From Bigelowiella natans CCMP2755 (Eukaryota > Protista > Cercozoa), in the NCBI GenBank assembly GCA_000320545.1, contig ADNK01000095.1:1-64000 (forward strand): a DNA stretch of 64,000 nt. Reading direction: 5' to 3'. Below are positions 54,087-62,900 of the stretch, one piece after another. Every line of letters starts with the position of its first letter. Position 1 is the stretch's first letter. The position numbers were made by a program, and so were the translations under genes. A model generated the notes under the pieces. It had not been told where the DNA came from. It worked only from the letters and a program-made list of their open reading frames with translations, and did no database searches.

Positions 54087-57000
54087 ATGTCACAGCAGCT
54101 AGAAGAACAGCAGGACTTTGGCTCGCAGGCCGTGCAAGGGCACGAGCAGAAACAGGAAAGGAAGGGCGATACGGACGCTAAGGAAGGAGGAGGAACACCT
54201 CCACAGGCACCGCCGGGACCAGCACCCGGGATTAAGAAAGCAGATGCAGCAGCAGAGGCACTGGAGAACTTCTACGAGGCGGACGACGAGGACGTGGCCG
54301 CCGAAAGCAAGAAGGTCGTAATGGCATTACGAGCCTTGCGACCCAGGGCGAGCAACTACGCCAAACTGAAAGTATCGATAGAATACAAGTATCAGACACA
54401 TGATGTTTGGGCAGCTATCATGCAGGACATCATGGATTACGAAGCAGACTTACCTCCAGAGTGGGCAGCTTTGTTTAGGAACGACGGGGGTCTGGGCGCC
54501 TCGCGGGGGACGACCCAGAGCACCGTCAAGCAGCAGCAGCCGGTACAGCGGAACACCCAGTTCATGTCTGTTAAAACAGCACCGGTTATGATAACGAAAT
54601 ACAACGGGAAAAGAGGTGAGGCAAGGAGGTGGTGGAAGAACGCTAGGAGTATACTCTGCGACTTTACCCCTAACCCCACCGAAAACGACAAGCTCAAATG
54701 GCTAGCTATAATAAAGCAAGCCATGGACCTTTACGAGACAGGCAGGACCCGGATCAGGCAGCTAGAGAAAATACACACTACAGTTAGTGGGCTACGAGAC
54801 GTTGAGGCGATAATGAAGGCTTTTGTAAATGAACAGGATGCTAACTCCCTACCCCAGGCTATTAGAAAATACAGAGCAATGATGCAGCATGAGAGAGAAC
54901 CTGTTAGAGACTTTGCCACGCGCTTCCAGGATATGATCGACGAACTACATGATTTTAATTACAACACAGGTGATGATCAGGCAAGGTTTGAAGAGTTCAA
55001 GTTAAAGATAAAGGAATCCACTTACGTTACGGAGAAAGGCTACACCACGATGGAGGCAGCAGTGCAGGCTATATCCCTACGCGAGCAGGAGCAGGACCGC
55101 AAGTTTACCAGCCCTAAGGTACCTGGCATAGGAAACATTAACGCTATTAAGCCGCAGCGAGACTGGTACAAGGACAGGGAAGGTAACCGACGTTGCGGAT
55201 ACTGCTCACGTAAAGGGAAACACACCGCTAAAGACTGCAGAGACAGGAAAGAAGGACGACCCAGGATGACGATCAGGCAGCTCAACGAACACTACGAGAA
55301 GTTAAAGAGAAAGAAAGGCAGAGGACAAGGATATAACAACAGCAAATGGCAAGGCAGCAACAACGGGAAGAACAATAAATATAAGAACAAAAAGCAGAAC
55401 AGTATCAATGCTATACAGCAGCAGATAAACGGAATATTAGATCACCTTAAGCAGGCGCCGACGAAGACAGCAGTACCAGCAACGCAGGACCAAGACAAGC
55501 CCATGACCCTAGACGACATAAAGAACTTAGGAGTATGCAACATTAATGACGAAGACGCTAACAGGACTATCAAAGTTGCTATGACCAAGGTTAAAGTTAA
55601 AGACAGCTACGGAGACTACAAGAAACTACCTGCCCTTTGGGATAGTGGCAGCATGCCGAAGTCCTTCATAAGCCTAAGCACAGTAAGAAGGTTAGGACTA
55701 TTGGATCAAGTGACTAAGAAAGAACGTAAATATGCTCAAGCAGACGGAAGCTCTTCCATGAAGACCGTCGGTGAGCTAATGCTAAAGCTACAGATACCTG
55801 GCAGCGACGCGGAGACCCAAATCAAGACCCGAGTAGCCATGACTTTATCCATGGAACTACTCCTCGGACAGGATGCCCTAGAAAAATTAGGGGGGATCAT
55901 ATCATTCTACAATCACAAGATATACTTTGCTAAGTTGCCAAAGAAGTCAGGCAGGACCATCAGCCAGAACATGATACGGCTTGACGAGTGGACCTCTGAG
56001 TCAAGCGTTAATGCGTTAGAGTTTATGGACCTAGCGGACAACAAGCTACCTACACCTACCGAGCTACGGAAGAAGAACCCCGGCAAGACCATCCGACAGA
56101 TAACGGAGCTACTGGACAAGACCCCCCCAGCTGATGATTGGGATATCGACAAAGGCAAAAAGTACATTAATAAAATATTAAACGAGAAGTACTCTGACAT
56201 CACCAAGCCGACGACGAAGCCCTCCAGCAAGCTTACCCCAGTAAAGATCGAGCTAAAGAAGGGATACGAAGAGTGCATCATCAATGACCCAGAACATAGG
56301 CGACCGGAAGCGGACTGGGAAAAGATAGAGTGGCAGATCAATGAATGGGCAAAGGAAGGGAAGATAGAGCCAAGCAACTCACCATGGAACGTGAGACATG
56401 TGCTAGCTAAGAAACCTACTTACCCTTTCTTCCGCCTGGCGCACAACTTCATCCGCCACAACCGAGTAATAAAGAGGATCCAGACACCTACACCAAGGAT
56501 AGATGACGTTATTGAACACGTCATAGGATACAAATACTACTCTTCCCTAGATAAAAATGAATCATACATGCAGACACCCATCCACAAAACCTCCCGCCCC
56601 ATTACCGCGTTCTCCAGCAGGCACAGGAAGTGGCACTTCGTCGTATTCCCTTACGGCCTAAGCATATCAGGGGATGCGTTCAGTAGTCAGAACTACAGGG
56701 CATACACACATGATGGGATGGCGTCTGTGTTGTGGGTGTTTGTGTTTGTGTATGTGGATGATGACATAATATGTACCAACACAGTCGTCGCTCAGATCTT
56801 CCTCCTGGAAAATATATTTATTAGGTTTGCACACTTCGGTTTTACTATTAGACTGCAGAAGTGTACATTCCTAGCTACAAGAATCAAGTGGTGTGGATAT
56901 TACCTGGAGCAAGGCCGCATCACCCCAAACCCCGAGAAAGTAGCAGCACTACAGCAAGCCCCTAAACCTAAGAATGCAAAGGAGTTAAAGTCATTCTTGC

Positions 57001-59060
57001 AGACTGCAGCTTGGATACTACGTAGGTTCTCCCCTACCTACGCTAGGACTGCAGCTGCTTTTACTACTGCTTACCGGAAGGAGAACTCTGTAGGCCTCAG
57101 CTTCGCTAAGGTGTGGGCCAAGGCTGGCCTTGATGCCCACTTCGATAACCTAATAAAGTTATGCAGCAACACCCTATTGAATGCTAAGCTAGACACTACT
57201 AGACCAGCTACCCTATGGACAGACTGGTCTAAGCTAGGTATGGCTGCTGTACTTACCCAAGACCAGCAGATCATACGGGTGTGGGGCAGGGCCTGCACAG
57301 CAGCTGAGGCCAAGTACAGCCCTACAAAAGGAGAGTATAAAGCCATGACTGAGGCGCAGAGGAAACTAAGATACTACCTGCTGTCGGTGCCCAGCTTCAC
57401 CTTAATGACTGACCACAAGCCCCTCCTAGGCATCGACCGCAAGCTCGAAGCGCCTAACGATGAGTATGCAGCTATGAGGGCGGACACGGAAGAGTTTAGG
57501 GACAAGAGGACAGTGGTCTACGCACCAGGAGACAAGCAGCTTGCTGACTATTTCAGCAGGCTGTTCGAAAAGAAAGTCCCTACCCAGGTCACCCCTATGG
57601 TTAACGCGATTACCTTCGAGGACGGCGACTTCCTGCCTGAGCCAGAGGAGCTCCAGCACCTTCAAGAACACCTGGATAAATACAAACACAAGCATGAGGT
57701 ACTTAGTGATAGGATATATGTATACACTAATAATGTTAGGCGTACCTACGTGCCACGGCGGACCAGGGGAGCCCTTCTCTTTACCGCCCATGGACCTGCA
57801 CACGTAGGAGAAAACCATATCACTGCTCTACTCTACCATTACTACTGGCCCTACAAGCTAAAAGAGATAAGGACATACCTGCGTGGCTGCAGGTGCTCCA
57901 GCTTGAAGGCGGCAGGCGTCGCCACCAAGGAGTCCAGCAAGAGCCGTGCATCTAAGAAAATCAAAGCAAGGAACTTCTTAGATATCGTGCAAATTGATGT
58001 TTATAAGTACGATGGCTATCACTACCTTACCTTCGTTGATGTGGCCACTGGAAAGTGCTGGGTTAAAAAGATTATCAAGGTCAACGTTGCTAAGAAGAAC
58101 AAAGGCTTATATAAGCAGAGGCTTACTAACTGCTACCGTACCTGGGAGTCTGAGCTCCAGGCTATCCCTGATGAAGTTAGCATAAACAAGATACCAAAGA
58201 AGTTACATGTGGATAATGAGACCTCTCTTCTACAGCTACCACACCCTAATATTGATGCCTCACCTGTATACTATGCCCAGTCCAACTCCAAGGTAGAGCG
58301 ACTCCACCGCACCTTGGCCAACCTAAGCAGGATAAATAGCACCACACCAGACAAGATACAAGGGTTAGTAAACGACACCTTCACGTCTGGGGGAGGTATC
58401 AAGGATAAGGAGAGGGAAGAAGGCGACGACAACGACGACGATACCGAGAGCGAAGACGAGAAGGTCCCGTACGATGGCCGAGTTCTAAAGGAAGGACAGT
58501 ATGTTAGGGCCAAGGTAAATCTGAGATCGAGAAATAAACAAGACCCCTTCTGGGGTGGCGTTGCAAAGGTTACCGAGAGGAAGGGGAGGAAGCAGTACTA
58601 CATCTATGATGGGAACAGGGTCACCTTGCGCCACATCAGTCACCTAAAGAATTATGATATCGGTGAGAAGCTCCTAGAGGATGTTAAAGTAAACCCTACT
58701 GTGTGGGAGCGAGCAATGCCTTGTTTAGGACCCCGACCTAAGTTCGATGTGGAATATGGAAACAATAAGGTCAGGGTGAACGACGATTGGCGCATGAAGA
58801 TTGTCTATCTAGGCTACCCTGGATTACGAAATATGGAGAGGGTAGCTATGAAAATAAAGGACGGAAAATATCAGCTACTCTACCTAGCTGTTCCCGACTT
58901 ACCCTTTGAGCACTGGTATAAGGTCCTGGGGGACCTTGATGCAGAGGGCTGGTATGGACACGAACCTAAGGACGAAGGTGAGTTCTGGGTAAGCGACAAA
59001 GGAGATAAGGTTAGAGAGGAATCTATTACCTGGTGGTTGGTGAAGTTCCGAAAGCGATGA
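54087..59060 (+). CDS. Gag-Pol polyprotein (1657 aa): Gag, zinc knuckle, protease, RT, RNase H, integrase, SH3-like module, extra C-terminal domain
   Basis: Zinc knuckle CGYCSRKGKHTAKDC (CX2CX5HX4C), protease ALWDSGS, RT PYGL and YVDD, RNase H WTDWS...E...TDHKPL, integrase H-H-CxC with QID...VDNE...SNSKVER. Confidence 0.97.
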   Translation: MSQQLEEQQDFGSQAVQGHEQKQERKGDTDAKEGGGTPPQAPPGPAPGIKKADAAAEALENFYEADDEDVAAESKKVVMALRALRPRASNYAKLKVSIEYKYQTHDVWAAIMQDIMDYEADLPPEWAALFRNDGGLGASRGTTQSTVKQQQPVQRNTQFMSVKTAPVMITKYNGKRGEARRWWKNARSILCDFTPNPTENDKLKWLAIIKQAMDLYETGRTRIRQLEKIHTTVSGLRDVEAIMKAFVNEQDANSLPQAIRKYRAMMQHEREPVRDFATRFQDMIDELHDFNYNTGDDQARFEEFKLKIKESTYVTEKGYTTMEAAVQAISLREQEQDRKFTSPKVPGIGNINAIKPQRDWYKDREGNRRCGYCSRKGKHTAKDCRDRKEGRPRMTIRQLNEHYEKLKRKKGRGQGYNNSKWQGSNNGKNNKYKNKKQNSINAIQQQINGILDHLKQAPTKTAVPATQDQDKPMTLDDIKNLGVCNINDEDANRTIKVAMTKVKVKDSYGDYKKLPALWDSGSMPKSFISLSTVRRLGLLDQVTKKERKYAQADGSSSMKTVGELMLKLQIPGSDAETQIKTRVAMTLSMELLLGQDALEKLGGIISFYNHKIYFAKLPKKSGRTISQNMIRLDEWTSESSVNALEFMDLADNKLPTPTELRKKNPGKTIRQITELLDKTPPADDWDIDKGKKYINKILNEKYSDITKPTTKPSSKLTPVKIELKKGYEECIINDPEHRRPEADWEKIEWQINEWAKEGKIEPSNSPWNVRHVLAKKPTYPFFRLAHNFIRHNRVIKRIQTPTPRIDDVIEHVIGYKYYSSLDKNESYMQTPIHKTSRPITAFSSRHRKWHFVVFPYGLSISGDAFSSQNYRAYTHDGMASVLWVFVFVYVDDDIICTNTVVAQIFLLENIFIRFAHFGFTIRLQKCTFLATRIKWCGYYLEQGRITPNPEKVAALQQAPKPKNAKELKSFLQTAAWILRRFSPTYARTAAAFTTAYRKENSVGLSFAKVWAKAGLDAHFDNLIKLCSNTLLNAKLDTTRPATLWTDWSKLGMAAVLTQDQQIIRVWGRACTAAEAKYSPTKGEYKAMTEAQRKLRYYLLSVPSFTLMTDHKPLLGIDRKLEAPNDEYAAMRADTEEFRDKRTVVYAPGDKQLADYFSRLFEKKVPTQVTPMVNAITFEDGDFLPEPEELQHLQEHLDKYKHKHEVLSDRIYVYTNNVRRTYVPRRTRGALLFTAHGPAHVGENHITALLYHYYWPYKLKEIRTYLRGCRCSSLKAAGVATKESSKSRASKKIKARNFLDIVQIDVYKYDGYHYLTFVDVATGKCWVKKIIKVNVAKKNKGLYKQRLTNCYRTWESELQAIPDEVSINKIPKKLHVDNETSLLQLPHPNIDASPVYYAQSNSKVERLHRTLANLSRINSTTPDKIQGLVNDTFTSGGGIKDKEREEGDDNDDDTESEDEKVPYDGRVLKEGQYVRAKVNLRSRNKQDPFWGGVAKVTERKGRKQYYIYDGNRVTLRHISHLKNYDIGEKLLEDVKVNPTVWERAMPCLGPRPKFDVEYGNNKVRVNDDWRMKIVYLGYPGLRNMERVAMKIKDGKYQLLYLAVPDLPFEHWYKVLGDLDAEGWYGHEPKDEGEFWVSDKGDKVREESITWWLVKFRKR

Positions 59061-59102
59061 AGGTCTAAGGGAATAAGGAAGGAAGGAAGGAGCAACGTGA
59101 CT

Positions 59103-59111
59103 TGGGGGAGG
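59103..59111 (+). promoter_or_regulatory. Polypurine tract
   Basis: tGGGGGAGG lies directly before the 3' LTR, preceded by a purine-rich run at 59068-59092. Confidence 0.85.
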
Positions 59112-59437
59112 TGTAGCGCGTACCACTACGCGGGCACAAGTCACGTGCGACAACAAAGGGGTTGTCGCGGATATAGAATATAGATAACGTAGATATTAAT
59201 ACAGCATAGGCACGTGGGTTCCGGCGGGACTCATGGCAGCACACCGGAAGTGTGCTGCCCCACGTGCGGCGGCATTCGCGAAAGCTTCGCGAATGATTAC
59301 GCAGTGCACGATTTAATAAAAATATAATCTTTAATAAAAATAAACACAACTCTTCAAAAGGAAGCAAACGTGCCTTTCCCCCCCCCTGCCTACTTGTGCA
59401 CGTAGCGCCTCGGCCTGTGAACACCTTACGCGCAACA
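59112..59437 (+). repeat. 3' LTR
   Basis: Same sequence as 53722-54047 (offset 5390). Confidence 0.95.
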
Positions 59438-59900
59438 ACGCGTGAGAAAAAAATCCCTTCGAAACTTGAGGCAAAGGCAATGCGCGAAGTGAAAACGATG
59501 CCGTCCGCCACCAGACCAGTTTTGCTGCACCTGGCCACTCACTGACGATGTGGTCATTGACTGCCCAAAACGCAGGAAACTGCACCGTGCTTGCGTGCAC
59601 CAAAAGTCAGCTGTTGGACTCAGGTGTGTTGCGGTTGACTGACAGCGTTGAGCCAGTTCTCTGGGGGTTGCAGTCTCATCATCGTTGATGTCACCACGTG
59701 AGCACCCATCAAGATGGGAAACGAGTTTTCCACGATGTCTCGCCTCGCACCGAACGTTGCAAGTTGAGGAGGCTCTTTGGAGAGTTTCCTTCTTTGACTC
59801 TCGGACCCTTCTTTCAGACTGCAAAGCTGAAAAAAGTGAGAGTAGCCGACGAGAATTTGTTCTCTTTTTCCGTTTTGAGTTTGATTTGGTGGATTTGGAC

Positions 59901-62900
59901 ATGTCGCAGATGAAGAATGGCATTGGATCTGTTGTTGCAAGAGATTTCATACCAGCAGCACCACCACAATCAAAGTTCACTACCTAACCATACACGACGC
60001 AACGAGGTGGTTCAAATGGATCCGGACGATGATTGTAAGGATATTCGACTGGAAAACAAAATTGGACCTTCAAAACCTACTTATACTTACGCTGAATATG
60101 TTGACCATCTTCGGTAGGTAGCTTGCACTAGCTCTTGCATTTAAAATTAACTGCAAGCTGTGTGTGCTCAATTCCATGCGCTAATACTGTGTGCTCACTA
60201 TTTCTCGCAGTGGTGTTGGAGTTCGGCAATTTCAGCTCGCGCTTTCAGGAATCACGAGTTGACGAAATTAATGAAACATGTGTTCGCATGTAAATTGATT
60301 GATGCATTTTCAGAGCGCGTTAAGCGGAGGAAAGGTCTTCAGCGTAGAGGACGAGGACGGAAAAATAAAAAGCCCACCGCCAGTGGCGTTCTGAAAACGT
60401 AGTTTCTTCCAACATGATGTAGGTAATCTCATTAATAAGTGTTTAAAATCAGTGGGACTGGAACTATGCTATCAGGCTCTAAAAGGTTAATACGGATGAA
60501 CACAGAAGGTGGGTCAAAAACTGAGTTGAAGACATCTGCAAGCCCAAAGTTGCACGAAGTTAAGGAAGCCACGTCTCATACTGAGAATACAGAAAATGAG
60601 CTTTCTCGTTGGGAAACTTTTGAAGACCCTATGATCCCCATAGACATTTTAAAGAAGGAGAAACTAATTGCTGATGGTACGCCAGTTGGATCTTTTGATA
60701 CAACTTCTCAATGGATTAGGAAAAACATTGCATCAAAGCAATGGTTTGAAAATATTATACTAATGATGATTCTGATCAACTGTATCCTCTTAGCATTTCA
60801 GAATCCCCTTAAATTCAAATGATCACTGGGTCAATGTGACTGCGACATACACTGATCCCATTTTTCTTACTTTTTTCATTTTCGAAATGGTTATCAAAAT
60901 GCTGGCTTTCGGACTCTTTCGAAGAACTTTGACACGAGAGGAGCTTCCTAACATGGCAGATCATTACTATGAAACTAGTTCCGGATATTTTCGCGATTCA
61001 TGGAATTATATAGACTTTGTTGTAGTGGTATTTGGAACTCTGGCAGCAATTCCTAGTCTCCCGAATATATCTGCAATTCGTGTTATTCGTGTACTACGGC
61101 CGCTGCGAGCAGTGAAGAGAGTTCCTTCATTGCGAGTCCTAGTCTCAGTATTACTACAATCAGTTGTCGCTGTTGCAAGAGTTGCTGTTATTCTTTCGCT
61201 TCTTTTTATAGTTTTCGGGATTGCAGGAGTAAATCTGTTCCAAGGTGTTCTTCGTCAGAGATGTTTTGACGATATCACAGGAGAACTAAATGAGGAAGAT
61301 AGAGTATGCAGTTTCACAAATGCAGGACTTTATCAATGCCCCGAAGGCTTCACCTGTCGGGCTGATGGTCAAAATCCTTTCTTCGGGGTTGTTAGTTTCG
61401 ATAATTTTGCAGATGCATTACTACAAATATTCCAAACTATTACACTGGCAACCTGGAGCGAGATACTCTACCCCTTAATGGATGGACTATCACCATTTGT
61501 CTTTATATATTTTTTCTTGCTCATCCTTATTATTTCCTTTTTTGCCCTAAACTTGATGTTGGCCGCGATTGAGGATACATTTGCAGAACAAGCGGAAGAG
61601 GCGGAGGAAGAGCAGAAAAAGGCAAGACAATGAAACGAAATATGTTATTCTTGTTCCAAATTGAATAATTAAAACCACTAAAGTTAAGTGGATCTACATT
61701 TTACCAAAAAAATATTAGGAGGAGGATGAAAAGGCAGCATTGCTTGGAGGATCTACAGCATTATTGTCCACTGGCATAGCGCCGGAGAAAAAAATAAATA
61801 CTGGAAATGCGGAAAAATGCATCACTAGTAAGAAACAGGGTAGAAAAGATACTAGAAAACAAAACATTAGGGTATCTTTGAAAGATCAAGAGAGAAAAAC
61901 TTCGAAATATGATGAAAGTCAAGCTTTGAAAACGAATCCTAAGAAGAATATCAATGTGCCTGTTGGTACAAAGACTGATGAAACTAGAGTCGATATTGTT
62001 GAAGATAATGAAAAACTGAAGATATTTAAAATTGAGGCCATTCGGGCAGCTGCAAATTATTTGCGGAACTGGCTGAGGATTGAGCACGAAGCTCGAAATG
62101 CTGAGTACAAATTATGGTTAGAAAAGGAGAAGCTACCACCACCGCCAAGACAGTTCGATCCTCCCACAGACAAAGATAAAGATTGGTTGGAAAATGAGGG
62201 ATTGGAAAAAGCTCCCAATTCATTTTGGCCGTTGTGCATTCGGGATGTATTGGAATTTTTGGATGAAGCAGAATTTCAAGTTTTTGCTCTTCCTGCAATT
62301 GCATATTTATATCGTGAGCACGGTTGTGGACGCTACTTTCGAAATATGTACTTGGTAGAGGTAGAAGCTATCCCATATTCTGAACAAGACACCGATATGA
62401 AAGGGATGTTACAGTTCAAATCTAATGATACGGAATTAATCTCGAAAAAGGGTGCCCATTCGGAGCGTGCAAAGGCCTTGGAGAAGTATAATACTCGTTT
62501 GAGTATTCAGAAGGCAACTCTAGGCGAAGATTGGGATGAAGTGAAAGAAGATGCAATTCGAAACGTTAGGGCTATGCTAGAAAATTACAAGACTGTCGAC
62601 TACACATGTCAATGGCAGGCGAATAAACCCTCATTATTTCGAGTTATTCTGGAAATTTCGAGAAGTACACACTTTCGGCTCTTAATTATGATGGTTATAA
62701 TGCTGAATACCGGGGCACTATCATACGATCATTTCGGAATAACTTCAGAAGAGGAGACGACATTAGAGTCCATTAATGCGGTATGTTACTTCCCACTGAA
62801 GGTTTACAATATTTAATACCACTTACGTTGATCAGGCATGTTCATATATATTCTTGGTGGAGATGATCCTAAAGCTTACTGGGTTTGGTCTATGGGGTTA

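Larger units (their letters stand above)
53722..59437 (+). mobile_element. Full-length Ty3/Gypsy-order LTR retrotransposon, very recent insertion
   Basis: Two 326-bp TG...CA LTRs with no difference found by eye, 4-bp TSD ACGC (53718-53721 and 59438-59441), PBS, PPT, and one intact gag-pol ORF in PR-RT-RH-IN order. Confidence 0.97.

Noticed and set aside
54437-59156. Antisense ORFs within the retrotransposon
   Set aside because: They are shadow frames of the gag-pol codon usage with no recognisable motifs.
60805-60822. Programmed +1 frameshift or stop-codon reassignment in the channel gene
   Set aside because: There is no consistent slippery motif across the break sites, other genes end in ordinary TGA/TAG stops, and a homopolymer indel is simpler.
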